DNA of 59,882 bases from Convolutriloba macropyga. Its lineage: Eukaryota. Position 1 is the first letter of the stretch, and each line of letters opens with the position of its first letter. The notes beneath the pieces are model-generated. The model saw only the letters and a list, made by a program, of their open reading frames with translations, did no database searches and was not told the DNA's origin. A program made the translations under genes and the position numbers. Shown piece by piece: positions 24,612-38,050 of this stretch. The stretch is taken from contig NC_134482.1 in the NCBI RefSeq assembly GCF_964194025.1, forward strand, positions 32,364,001 through 32,423,882, written 5' to 3'.

Positions 24612-27270
24612 ATTTGGTAGTTAGTGAATTCCATTATTTTGACGTAGCATGGAAAAAAAGAGCTGCCAAGAAAAGAAGCTGATCTGTGGTCATCGAAAAT
24701 TATTTTTTTGAGTACGTTCGTTGATGCAGTATTTAGCACTTGATAAAATCACTGTCGTATTGAATGAATTTTTTTCTGCTAAGATAGTTTCTTAGATAAA
24801 AAACAGAAAGTTGACCAATTCTCTGTTCAATCGCCATCCCCTGTTTGGGATCTTTGTACAGCTATTGATACTGATGCAACAATGATAGAGTATGTTAATG
24901 GTTGTCTAGTTCAGCTGCTTTGCTAGAGAAGTCATCATAGGTTTTCTAATAAGCTGAATAACTAGAGCGTTTATTTATTCAGCACATCTCAGACCATTTC
25001 GTTTGCTGAAACAAACGACCTCTGTCTTTGAAGAAATCAAAGATATTTGATGATCTCTGAAGTAGTGTGCAAAATTATGTATGTTGATTCCAGAGAATTT
25101 TTTTGCTATCTTTTTGCATCCTTGTTAGAAGCAAAAACTAGACAACCATTAACATACTCTATCAATGCTGCATCAGTATCAATAGCTGTACAAAGATTGC
25201 TCACTTATAAACTTAACAAGAGCGGCCCAAAATAGTTCCTTGGGGTACATTATCCTGTTGGGTCTAATTTTACACTTTGAAATCTGTTAGAAAGAAGTTT
25301 ATAAGGTTTTGTGCATCGATGTCAAAGCCAAATTTTTAAATTTGTCTATTAGGATATCATTTGATATGAAATCAAACGCTTTTAAGAGATCCAAAAGTGC
25401 AGTTTGGACAATATTAATTGAGTCAAAACTTTTACGAACTGATTCTATGAAAAATAGCAAAGCATCAAATTTGGAAACATTTTTTTGAAAACCGATCTGA
25501 AGCCAAATTATAAGGTGAAATGTTTGTCCGTGATTCGTTATTTGTTGATGTAGGTATTGCTCAAAAATTTTTGAAATTGCATTTGTGATTGATATTGGTC
25601 GTTAGTTGTTTGCATCCATTGGGTCAATTTTTTGTAGATATCACTGATTTCCGCTTTTTTAGTGCAGTTTGGAAAATATTTGTTCTGATGCTCTCGTTAA
25701 AAAAAGAAAGTAAGATGTGGTACAATGAGTGTTCGATAATCTTTTATAGCCAAGGGCTTTTAAAGTGCAGTTTGGAAAATATTTTGTCGAATGCTTTAGT
25801 TAAAAAAAGTAAGTAAGATGTGGTACACTGAGTGTTTGACAATCTTTAATAGCCTAGGCAGGAACCATAATAGGACCTAGTGGCTTGTTGGAACTCAAAT
25901 CCCTGACAGTATTGTGATTTTTTTTGTAACAAACTGAAAATTGAACGGTTTGATATGTTTGCTTAGGTTACTTTGGTGGGTGCATCGTTTTACATTCTTG
26001 TCCCTAAAAAATTACCAATGTTAGAAAAAGTTTGATTTAGAAAACTCGCAATCTCAAATTCGTTAGTTTGTGAGTCTTTAAATAAATTTTGCAACGCAGT
26101 TACAGCACTGAGTTTATTTTGTTTCAATCTAATGGAATTAATGGAATTCCAGCGTTTTTTTCAGTGTCCAGAGGTTCAAACAATGCTTTAGATGTTCTTT
26201 CTTTTTTAACAATTTTTAGGTTTGATAGACATTGTCGCTTTTAAAATAGAGATCCCAATTGGTCGACATTTTGTTTTCTGTTAAGTGATAAATGCATTTT
26301 TTTTCTTCGTAATTCTGTTTTACATTCTTAGTGAAATCATTCAGTTTTTAACAGTTTCCTGTGTTTGCAATTTCAAATAAATTTTTTAACATCTGGAGCG
26401 TGAGTTTCCAGTGCATTGCTTTGATGAATGGAGTGCCATGGTAAAATGAAAGGGTTTTAACGAAAATATTTGCTTTGAACTGTTTTTTTGTCAAAAAGTA
26501 TATACTTTTTGTTTTCATCTTTATCAATTTGATATCAGTTACAACAAGAGATGCTAAAAGACCTGATTTGAATGGCGTCTCAAAAGTAAATTGCTTGTTT
26601 TTTCTATAGTTTCGGTCAAAAAGCAATCAATATGTGACTCTGAATTTAGTGCAAATCGTTTGGATTCATGTACCTTTACAATTTTTAGGCCAAAAGATGT
26701 TACGAAGCCTCCAAATTGTTTTTCTCACTTGCGTTTAAACAATTGAGTTTAAAGTCACCCGGTACATGTAAAGTGTTGCTTTGTCCAAAAACGTAGCATT
26801 ATTTTTATGACTGTTCGCCTAAAATTTTTTCTTGATATTGCTTTGAGGGATTGCATTACGTTGCTTTACGTTGATGAGCATTTTTTCGAATTTCTTTTTA
26901 AAAATCTTATTTTACATTCAACCCAAACTGACTCAAACACATTTTCGTCAAACGTCATTAAATCAGGTCTTTCTTTTGGTGCTGATATCTTTGAGACGAA
27001 TAGAGTGACACCTCCATCTTTTCTTTGTCTTTTTGTAAGCGGTCATTTCGGAATAATGCATGAGTGTCGTTTAAAACGTTCCAAAGTTAGATCACATATT
27101 TTCAGTTAACCAAGCTTCATTTAGTCCAATAATTCTGTTATTCTTTAAATACTGAAGGTGATATTTAAATGAGATTTTTTCTTAACAACACTTTGCGCGT
27201 CCAAGTGGAAAATTTTAATGTTTTCAGAACTTTTTTTAGTGACTGCTAAAAAAGTTTCGTAAAAAAATGT

Positions 27271-27306
27271 TGGTCCTGGATTTGACTCCACGACACCACA
27301 TAGCAA
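27271..27306 (-). other. 2A-like (StopGo) motif remnant LLCG[V]VESNPGP
   Basis: One substitution (GAC>GTC) away from D(V/I)ExNPGP; the other copies keep the D. Confidence 0.8.
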
Positions 27307-27437
27307 AAAAATAATCGCAAAAAACATTGCCTGAGTCAGTTTGGGTTGATTACAGATGACCCGTGACACAACATCCACAAATAATCATTTTTTATGCGTT
27401 GCAATTATGGCAATATACAAGAGCATCAAGCGTATTA

Positions 27438-28100
27438 CTAAGTAAAAGACAACTTATCCCAAAAATTAGTTATTAGACATAGACTGTCGTTGCGAAGAGA
27501 CTTTATCATAACGATAAAGCCGTTTTCAGAGGGATGGAGGCAATCTGTGTGAACATAATCATAATTATTTTGAAACTCGGCTTTCAAATCAATCATGTTA
27601 GTTTTTGTGTTGAATAGGTCCTTTACTTTTGAAACTAAACCGCAGAGTTGCGTCTTTTTTTGGACTAAACTTAATCTCTTTTCTAAAGGCAATAATCTTT
27701 TTTCTAAGCGGTAATAGAGCGCAGATTTCTTTCGTCTCTGGTTTGAATCTGTGATCATATGTATATACAAGCTTTATGTCAAAATCAGCCGATAGACAAT
27801 CACTGATTCCCATTAGAGATGTTACTTGTTTCACTTTTTTTGCTCTGTTTGCAGTTCTCTCAAGCAGTCCTGAGATCCTATGACCACCGAAGCCTCCTCT
27901 TCTTAACAAACTTAGTCCAATTTGCCTTCCGTCAATGCTGTTGGTGATTGAATCTCCGATTGTCATTGCCTCTGTAGTGTCGTCCATTGGGATGGAAAAA
28001 TGTCGTCTATAGGCATCCATTCTGCTGGCATTTTTGGTTGAATCTCTTTTATTTGATGAATCTTGAATTTTTCTGCGTTTGTTGTCAGTTGTCCACTGGA
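27438..28100 (-). pseudogene. LINE ORF1 SGNH/GDSL esterase (frameshifted)
   Basis: Block I IGDS, block II FGG, block III GI(N/S)D and block V DxLH in the correct order. Confidence 0.85.
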
Positions 28101-28429
28101 TGTTGTGTTTGCTCCGCTTTATGTTGCAGTTCTGGTCTGAATTGGATCTCTGATGAAGGGTTTTCTGAAATTATCTGAAATTCCGTCATCTGAAAATTTG
28201 AAAAACTCCCACTTTTCAAAAATTCACTAGTGGTTGTTGATTCTTTGAAAATTTCTGCCAAATCCGTAGCAATTCTTCGTAGATAATAAACATTTTCTTT
28301 GTAAGATTGCAAGATAATGTATTGATTTTGATTAAACAGAGTGGTGAAAGCGTCCGCACTTAGTAACATGCTCAAAATTTCAAAGGTTGAAGTAACAATA
28401 AAATGATATCGAACGGTCTCTTGACAGTT

Positions 28430-29920
28430 GTTGATTGTTGTAAGATTTTTTCTCTTGACCTCTAGACAGTTGTTGTAGAAGTTTTTCAGCTCACAAGCAG
28501 AGGCGAGTTATTTATCTGGCAAACTTGTTTTGAAGTCTCTTCCTTTACTTCTGCAAATGTTGCACTCACAAGTATATTGCCATGTGCACACATTTTCAAT
28601 CGAGAAGATTATTTTTACAAATATCCGCAATCGTTCTCTCAAAATAATTCTTGTTTTCAGTCCATCTTGATTCAGAAAGTTGATTTTGGAATTGATTATG
28701 TTTGCTTTTCTTACTGGTTGTGAAATCAACTCATTTTCCGCTTTCTCAATTCGTATTTTTTTGAAGATTAAACACGTCTGGGCTTCTTCCGTGGTTTGGA
28801 ATTGGTGCAGGTTTTTCTATAAGTTCTCTATCTAGTGGATTAGCTTTGAAAGGAATAAGAGGTCAGTCATCTGAAAGTACAAAGTACATTGGTGGAGGCA
28901 ATACGTTCAGATTCTTCAAGGCAATTGTGTACTAGCTTTCATATTGTCCAGTTATCCAACTAAGTTCTCTTTTTTTAAACTTCTCAAGCTTGAACTCATT
29001 TTCCGCTTTCTCAGTTCGTTTTTTAAGACTAAGCACATCTGGGCTTCTTCCTTGGTTTGGAATCGGTGCAGGTTTTTCTATGAGTTCTCTATCTAGTGCG
29101 TTAGCGCTGAAAGGAATATTAGGTCAATCATCTGAATTTACATTGGTAGAGGCAATGCATTCAGAATCATCCTGCCATTTATGTACTGAATTTCATATTG
29201 TCGAGTTATCAAATTGAATTTCCCTTTTATGAAACTTCTCAGGGTTTCTCAGGTCTGCTCTAGTTACTTGAACACAACTGAGTCCAAAAAGCAGGACCTT
29301 TATATCAGGTAATTTGTACGGGCTTAACTTGACGTGCTTGTCTATTACGTAAACAACATTACGCTTTTAGAGTATATGACCTTGTTGGCTTTCTCGGCTC
29401 TCCAATTTATGTGCGCTCCCCAATTCAAGTTGCTGCTGATAGTGATTCTCAAGTCCTTCATTTACGTTTGGGTCTGAAGCAGTTCTTTTCCAAGGAATAC
29501 ACAGGATTTTTACCCCTGAATGTAAGATTAGAACAATTGTCAATTGCCAACTCCATTGTGTTTTGCGAAACCAACTTTTCTATCGCTGTTATGTCTGCGT
29601 GTACTTCAATGTCTGATCTGCCATTTGCTAGTCTTTTGTGGTCGTCTACGAAAATGCAAGGCAGCTGAATTTGAGAATGTCTGTCACTTCCAAGATGAGT
29701 ATGCAGAAGAGCAGTGGTCCCAGGGGGGAGTCTTGTGATGCCTCACAGGTTACATCCAAAGTTTGAGAACGAATACCATCAGATGTCACATACTGCTTCC
29801 TGTCTTATAGTTACTCAACCAGTAGTCACAAAAAACTCCCTCAGACTACAACAGCAACAACTTGTTTTCAAATTTCCACAGTGGGGGAACTTTGTCAAAG
29901 GCTTTGCGGAAATGTGTATA
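28430..29920 (-). mobile_element. LINE family B copy 1 (3' half of RT to 3' end), with an internal ~265-bp duplication
   Basis: KAFDKV, LGPLLFCI remnants and terminal CTWQYTCECNIC; 28727-28990 repeated at 28992-29240; colinear with 34040-35300. Confidence 0.85.
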
Positions 29921-32900
29921 TAAATAACAATTTTTTGAACGACCTTGCCGGTTTTAAAATCACCTGAGTTGATATGGTAGTTATTGGTTTCCATTTGTTT
30001 GACGTAGCATGGAAAAAAAGGAAATGTTTCGAAAAGAAACTGATCTGTGGTCATTGAAAATGATTTTTTGAGTAATTTCGTTGACGGAGTATTTAGCATT
30101 TGGCAAAATCACTGTCGTTTTGAATGAGTATTTTTCTCTGCTAAGATATTTTCTGAGATAAAAATTAGAAAGTTGATCAATTCGCTGTTCAATCCCCGTC
30201 AGCTTTTTTTATTTTTAAGCGCTGTGACAATTTGCAAAGAGCTGAAAAACACATTTTTAAGACCCCAGTTCAGCTGCTTTGCTAGACAAGTCATCATAGG
30301 TTTTCTAATGTGCTGAATAAATAGAGCGGAATATATGAGATGTGACAAAACAATTGATGGAAGTGAACATTCTAGACTTGATGAAGGGAGCTGAGTTCCA
30401 ATTCATTCTATGGTGTTTAACCCCTGAGGCATCTTCATTAACTTTTATTTAATATGATTCATGAAACTGAAACTACTATCAATTGTTAGTCCTAAATATT
30501 TACATTCATTAGACTTCTTGAGTACTTTGTTTTCTATTATCGTTGTCTTGGGTTTTTATCTATGACCATTTCGTTTGCTGAAACAAACGAACTCTGATTT
30601 TGAAGAATTCAAAGTTCTTTGATGATCTCTGAAGTAGTTTGCTAAATAATGTATGTTTGATTCCAAGGAATTTTTTTGCTATCTTTTCATCCTCGTTAGA
30701 AGAAAAAACTAGGCAATCATCAACGTACTGTATCATTGTTTTGTCAGTGTCAATAGATGTACAAAGACAGCTCACTTATAAATTCAACAAGAGCGGTCCC
30801 AAAATTGTTCCTTGGTTTAGACCTCTGACAATTTTTATCCTGTTGGAGAAAACTAAGTTTAATTTTACACTTTGAAATCTGTTAGAAAGAAAGCTTTTCA
30901 AAATGTTTTCTGCATCGATGTCAAAGCCATTTTTTAGTTTATCTAATAGGATATCATGAGATATGAAATCAAATGCTTTCATGAGACCCAAATGTGCAGT
31001 TTGGACAAAATTATTTGAGTCAACAATCTCACAAACTGATTCTATGAAAAATAACAAAGCATCGACTGTGGAGTTATTTTTTCGAAAACCAAACTGAAGC
31101 CAATTCATAAGGTGAAATTTTTGTACGTGATTTGTTATTTGATGATGTAGGAATCGCTCAAAAATTTTTGAATATGCATTTGTGATTGATATTGGGCGTT
31201 AGTTGTTTGCATTTATTGGGTCCACTTTTTTGCAGAGGTGGCTGATTTCCGTTTTTTAATGCATTCTGGAAAATATTTTGTCGAATGCTTTTGGAAAAAA
31301 ATTAAGTAAGATGTGGTACAATTAATGTTTGACAATCTTTTATAGCCCAGGCAGGAATCAAAATAGGACCTAGTGGCTTGTTGGAACTCAATTTCCTGAC
31401 AAAATTGTAAACTATTTTTTCTGTAAAAAACTGAAAACAGAACGGTTTGATAAGTTTGCTTAGGGTACTTTTGTGGGTGCATCGTTTTACATTCTTGTCC
31501 CTAAAAATTACCAAGGTTAGAAAAAGTTTGATTTAGAAAACTCGCAATCTCAAATTCGTTAGTTTGTGAGTCTTTAAATAAATTTTGCAACGCAGTTACA
31601 GCACTGAGTTTATTTTGTTTCAATCTAATGGAATTAATGGAATTCCAGCGTTTTTTTCAGTGTCCAGAGATTCAAACGATGGTTTCGATGTTCTGTCTCT
31701 TTTAACAATTATTAGGTTTGATAGAGATTGTCGCTTTTGTTATAAAAATCCCAATTGGTAGACGTCTTGTTTTCTGTTAGGCCTAAATGCAGTTTCTTTT
31801 CTTCTTATTTCTGTTCTACATTCCTAGTCAAACCATTCAGTTTTTAACAGGTTCCCATGTTAGCGATTTCAAATTATTTTTTTTTCAAAAGAATGCACAG
31901 TGAGTTTTGAGTGCATTGCTAACAATCGATATCATAATATTAGACATTACGGGAGCAACATTGCTTTGATGAATGGAGTGCCACGGGGAAATTGAAAGGG
32001 CTTTAACAAAAATATTTGCATTGTACTGTTTTTTTTGTCGAAACAGTATATACTTTTTGAATTGAACTTTATCGATTTGATATCAGGTTCAAAAAGAGAT
32101 GCTAAAAAATCTGATTTGAATGGCGTCTCAAAAAAAAATTGCTGGTTTTTTTTTCTATTATTTTGATCAAAAAGCAACCAATATATGACTCTGAATATAG
32201 TTCTAGTCTTTTGGTTTCATATACGCCAACAATTTATAGACCAAAATGTTACGATGTTCTCCAAATTGTTTTTCTCACTTGCGTTTAAACAATTGAGGTT
32301 AAAGTTACCCGGCACAAGTAAAGTGTTGAACTCTCCAAAAGTTTAGTCTAGATTGTATGACTAATCGCCGAAAAATTTCTCTTGATTCTGCTTTGAGGGA
32401 TTGTACGTTACGTTGATATGCATTTTTTCAATTTTTTTTTGAAAAAATTTTTTTACATTAAACCCAAACAGACTCAAACACATTTTCGTCAAACGTCATT
32501 AAGTCAGGTCTTTATTTTAATGATATTATCTTTGGGACAAATACAGTCACAACTTCATCTTTCTTTTTATTTTTTGAAAGCGCTCATTTCGGAATAGTGC
32601 ATGAGTACCGTTCAAAACGTTCCGAGGTTAGATCAATTATTTTCAGTTAACCAAGTTTCAATTAGTCCAATAATTGTGTTATCCTTTGAATACTGAAGGT
32701 CATGTTTCAATGAGATTTTTTTAAACAACACTTTGCGCGTTCAAGTGCAAAATTTTAGAACATTTTTTAGTAACTGCTAAAAAGTATTCGTAAAAACTGT
32801 TGGTTCTGGATTTTACTGCACGTCACCACATAGCAAAAAAATAATCGCAAAAGCTCTGCCTGAGTGAACTTGGGTTGATTACAGATGACCCGTGACACTA

Positions 32901-34040
32901 CAATCAAAAATAATTTTATTTTCTGCGTTGCAGTTATGGCAAAATGCAAGAGCATCAAGCATGTTGCTATGAAAAGGACGACAATAACCAAAACGTTAGT
33001 TATTAGAGATATAAATACAAAAATTGAAATATATCATTTTGGCTAGGTCTTGGTGTTTCTCGGTTCTGTTTCGTTCAAATTGAGGTAGCACAGTCGTTTA
33101 TTTCAATATTTAAGTTTATCAGATTGTTGAGAAGAGATTTAACCAACGTTAACCGACTTTACTTGAACCATAAAGCTGTTTTCAGAGGGAAGGAGGCCAT
33201 CTGTGTGAATATGATCAAAAGCATGTTAGTTTTTGTGTGGTATAGATTCTTCACTTTTGAAACTAAACTGCAGTGTTGCATGTTGACTTTTTGGCACTAA
33301 ATTTACTTTCTTTTCTAAAAGCACTAAGCGGCAACAGAGTGCAGATTGATATTGTTTCTGATATGAATTTTAGAGCACATGTATATACAAGTTTTTTGTA
33401 TGCCGTAATTGATTCGTTTATGTCGAAATCAGCCAATAGGCAACCATTGATTCCCATTAGAGTTGTTACTTGTTTCACACTGTTTGCTCCATTGTTTGCA
33501 GATCTCACCAGCAGTCCTGAGATCCTTTGACCCCCGAAGCATCTTCTTAACTTACTTGGTCCAAATTGTGCTCCGTCAATGCAGTTGGTGCTTGAATCTC
33601 CGATTACTATTGCCTCTGTAGTGCTGTCTTTTGGGATGGATAAATGTCGTCTATAGGCATCAATTGTGCTGGAAGTTTGCGTTGAATCAGTTTTATTTGT
33701 TGAATTTTTCAATTGATATGCGTCTGTTGTCAGTTGCCCGCTGGCTGTTGTTTTTGCTCCGCTTGATGTTGCAGTTCTGGTCTGAATTGTATCTCTAATG
33801 AAGGTTTTCCAAAATACCTGAAATTACGTCATCTTAAAAAAATGAAAACATATCACTTTTCAAAAATTCACTAGGGGTTGTTGATTTTTTCAAATTTTCA
33901 GCTAAATGCGTAGCAGTTCTTCGTATATAATAAATATCTTCTTTTTAAGATTGCAAGATAATGTATTGATTTTGATTAAACAGAGTGGTGAAAGCGTCCG
34001 CACTTAGTAACATGCTCAAAATTTCAAAGGTTAAATTAAC
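29921..34040 (-). mobile_element. LINE family A copy 2 (most complete): esterase ORF1, leader/2A, APE-RT
   Basis: IVIGDSSTN...LMGING; LLCGDVQ*NPEP (32801-32836); LQFGFRKNNSTVDAL; LMKAFDFISHDILLDKL; GLNQGTILGPLLLNL; IQYVDDCL. Confidence 0.9.
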
Positions 34041-36990
34041 AACAAAATGATAATGACTCGTCTCTTGACAGTTTTTGTTTGTTGTAGGAGATTTTCTGTT
34101 GAGCTCCAGACAATTGTTGTAGGAGTGTTTCAGCTCGCTAGCAGAGGCGAGTTATTTATCTGGCACACTTGTTTTAAAGTCTCTTCCGCTTACTTTAGCA
34201 CATTTTACAATCACAAGCGTATTGCCATGTGCAGACGTTTTCAATCGAGAAGTTTATATTTACAAACAACCACAATCGTTCTCTCAAAAACGTTTTTCCT
34301 TTCAGTTCATCAGGATTCAGAAAATTGATTTCGGAAATGATTCTGTTTGCTACTCTTGCTGTTTGTGAAATGAACTCATTTCCCGCTTCCTCAGTTCGTA
34401 TTTTTCCAAGATTAAACACGTCTGGGTTTCTTCCTTGGTTTGGAATCGGTGCAGGTTTTTCTGTGAGTTCTCTCTCTAGTGGATTAGCTTTGAAAGGAAT
34501 AATAGGTCATTCGTCTGAATATACATTGGTAGAGGCAATACGTTCAGATTCTTCAAGGCATTTGTGTACTGGGTTTCATGTTTTCCAGTTATCCAACTAA
34601 GTTCTCTTTTTTGAAACCTCTCAAGCTTTCTCAGGTCAGCTCTAGTTACATGAACACAACTGAGTCCAGAAAGCACGACCAGCAAAACAGGCGATTTGTA
34701 CGGGCTTAACACGATGTGCATGTTTACTGCGTGAACAACATTTCTCTTTAAAAGTATTTGACCTTGTTGGCTTTCTTGGGTCTCAAAATTATATGTGCTG
34801 CCCAATTCAGGTTGTTGCTGAATGTGATTCTCAAGTCCCTCATTTACAATTGCGTCTAGAGCAGTTCTCCTCCGAAGAAGAAGGAGACGTTTTCCCCCTG
34901 AATATAAGACTAGCACATTTGTCAATTGCCAACTCCATTGTGTTTTGCGAAACCAACTTGTCTATCGCTGTTATGTCTGAGTGTACTTCAATGCCTGATC
35001 TGCCAATTGTTAGTCTTTTGCGGTCGTCTGCGAAAATGTAGGGCTGCTGAGTCTGAGAACTTCGGTTAGATCCATGATGATTATGCGGAATAGCAGTGGT
35101 CCCAGGAGGGAGCCTTGTGATACCTCACTGGTTACATCCATAGGTTCAGAACTAATACCATCAGATGTCACATACTGCTTCCTGTTTTATAGGTACTCAA
35201 CCAGTAATCACAACAAACACGCTCAGACTCCAACAGCAGCAAATACCTGGTTTCAAAATTCAATAATGTGGAACTTTGTCAAAGGCTTTAGTGAAATGTG
35301 TGTAGAAAGGTAACTATTCATCAGTGGAGTTCCTAGCTAGAGCTTTGTAGATCCTCGGCAGAGATTACAGTTTTTTCGACTGACCTCCGACTGACAAAAC
35401 CATGTTGATGCTCTGTGGGGTACAAGATAAAGTGCTTGTAAGATGCTTGGTATAGGCATTTTTCAAGTACTTTGAGGTCTGTGTTAAGATCAGAAAGTGA
35501 TCTGCAGATTTTACTAGTCGTTTGTCTCTCTTTTTGTGTATTGGAATTATTGACGCCATCTTGCAAATCTTAAGATTTTTGTGGAGGATTTGATGATATT
35601 CGTATACTTGTTCAATCATTTGATCATTTGTGAAACAGTTTTTTGTAAGACATTATGTGGATAGCCATTTGGGCCATTTGACTTCGATTTGCTGAGATAC
35701 AATAGAATTTCTGCTATCTCGTTTCTGAAACCTTCCAAATATGTGCATGTGCTCGATTTGTTGAGATCTTGTACATCCACGTTTGTCTGGGGTGAGTACG
35801 CCGAGTAAAAACACTTGACTAGTAAGCCAATTTTCTCTTGAGAAATCGTGGTTGAGGACCCAACTTTTATCATAACTGCGGGCAGATTATGCGATGTCTT
35901 CAACTTCCCATGATCTTGAATGTCAATTTGGTGTCTTGAGTGTTTTGAGCTTACATTAGGTGTGATGTAATGGCTGTAATTCACAACGAAAGAGACTGGC
36001 AATGCGGGATTTTTGATTAGCAGCTCCAAGTGGTCATACAGTTCTTTGCAAAATTGGAATAGCAAATTGCTTCAAACTTCGTTTTTTTTATGGGGACGAT
36101 TAATTTGTGAGTAATATGCACTTCCCTGACTACGAAAGTTGAGAGTGTAAGGCTTGACTTGCTGGTGTGAACATTCTAATAGCCGTTGGATTGTATCGTG
36201 ATCAGAGCAAGTGTAGATTTTGCTGAACTGCTCAACAAATGTGACTTGAAGAGCGCAGTTTCGATAGAGAGCTACATCCAACAGATTGTTGACTCTTGCC
36301 TCATAATCAACCGTTTGTTGGAACAGTTTGCCTTCCCATTGGTCAAGAATTTCTTGTTCTGCGGCATCCTTCGTGGTGTAAATTACATCAGTTTGCGTTT
36401 GGAATGATTATGTCACCGCAGACAATTATCGGGGAGTTTTTGGGAAGCACTGAGAGTATTTCGACAAAATCTTTCAGTTCGACGCCAATTTTTGGCGACA
36501 TCAAATTCAATTCAAGGCAGATGTAAATGCAAAGCCAACACGATGGCTTTACCACAAACAGAAATCTTTTTACGCATCTACTTAAAAGTTTGTAGGAAGT
36601 GTAAGAGGCAAATGATTTTGAATCCAGATTTGCTGTTTATTTTGACGCAGAAAAAGCGTTTTATTAGGTGCCTCTATTTGTACAAAAATGAAGGCTTTTG
36701 GCTATCACAAAATGTCGTTGATGTTGCTGAGCTCCTAGAGCAAACCTCATGTCAAAGATAGCATCTTCTCCGGCTTTTTTCCAGTGAAGGTTTCGGGAAT
36801 TTTATTTTATGGTTTTTTGAGTAAAATTCCAGAATTTATTACACTCCGTAGCTTCTACATATATTTTATAATCCTGCCAACAGAAAAAAATTATACATAC
36901 CCCTGTTTAGACAAAATAGGATCTAATCTGTTTGCCCCTCTTCAGCTTAGCGGGTTTGGTATCCTTTACGTCTAAGCCTCCCACAATGTT
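34040..36990 (-). mobile_element. LINE family B copy 2: ORF1 tail, APE, RT, Cys-rich C-terminus
   Basis: PIIVCGD, NLLDVAL, CSDHDTI (APE); KSNGPNG; IIPIHKK; QHGFVSRRS; KAFDKV; QGSLLGPLLF; FADD; CTWQYACDCKMC. Confidence 0.9.
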
Positions 36991-37009
36991 GTGCTCATTG
37001 AATTGGAAG

Positions 37010-38050
37010 AAAACTGTTGGTCTTTAATTTGACTCCACGTCACAAATAGCAAAATAATTATCGCAATAAACGTTGCTTGAGTCAATTTGGGTTAATTCCA
37101 GGTGACCCGTGACACTACATTCACAAATAATTTTATTTTTTGCAATGCAGTTATGGCAATACTCAATAGCATCAAGCATCTTGCTAAGAAAAGGACGACC
37201 TTATCCAAAATGTTAGTTATTAGAAATATAATTAAAAAAATTGAAATACATAATTTTGGCTAGGTCTCGGTGTTTTTGGAGTCGTTTATTTCAACATTTA
37301 AATTTATCAGAATGTTGTGAAGAGACTTCACAATAAACTTAACGCCGGATTCAGAAGGATGGAGGCCATCTGTGTGAATAAAATCATGGTGACTTTGAAA
37401 CTCGGCATTCAAATCAATCATGTTAAATTTTTTGCAGGGTAGGTCCTTCACTTTTGAAACTAAACTGCAGAGTTGCTTGTTAAATTTTTTGGCACTAACC
37501 TTACTCTCTCTTCTAAAGGCACCAAGCGGTATTAGAGTGCAGATTGATATTTTCGCTTATATGAATTTGTAAACAAATGTATATATAAGTTTTTCGTATG
37601 GCGTAGTTGATTCAAAAATGTCAAATTGAGCCAATAGACACTCATTGATTCCCATTAGAATTGTTGCAAGTTTCAGTTTTTTTTGTTCTGGTGTTTGCAG
37701 TTCTCTCAAGTAGTCCTGAGATCTTTTGACCACCGAAGCCTCTTCTCAACATACTTGGTCCATTTTGCCTTCCGTCAATTTTGTTGGTGATTTAATCTCC
37801 GATTACCATTGCCTCTGTAGTGCCGTCCTTTGGGATGACTAAATATCCATAGGCATCAATTGTGCTTGAATTTTGCGTTGAATCAAGTTTATTTGATGAA
37901 TCATTGAATTGATCTGCGTTTGTTGTCAGTTGTCCGCTGGTTGTTGTATTTGCTCCGTTTGATGTTGCAATTTTGGTCTGAATTGGATCTCTGATGAAGG
38001 GTTTTCTGAAGTTACCCGAAATAACGTCATTTAAAAAAATTGAAAAACTA
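37010..38050 (-). mobile_element. Family A 5' module (esterase ORF1 + leader/2A) fused to the start of B copy 2
   Basis: AMVIGD; HTDGLHPSESG; DVESN*RP at 37018-37052. Confidence 0.85.

Larger units (their letters stand above)
24417..28430 (-). mobile_element. LINE family A copy 1 (CR1/L2/Crack group): esterase ORF1 - hydrophobic leader/2A - APE - RT, degenerate
   Basis: GDSITN...LMGISDCL...HTDCLHPS; LLCGVVESNPGP; IKIFHLDAQS (APE start); RT remnants colinear with 29921-34040. Confidence 0.88.
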
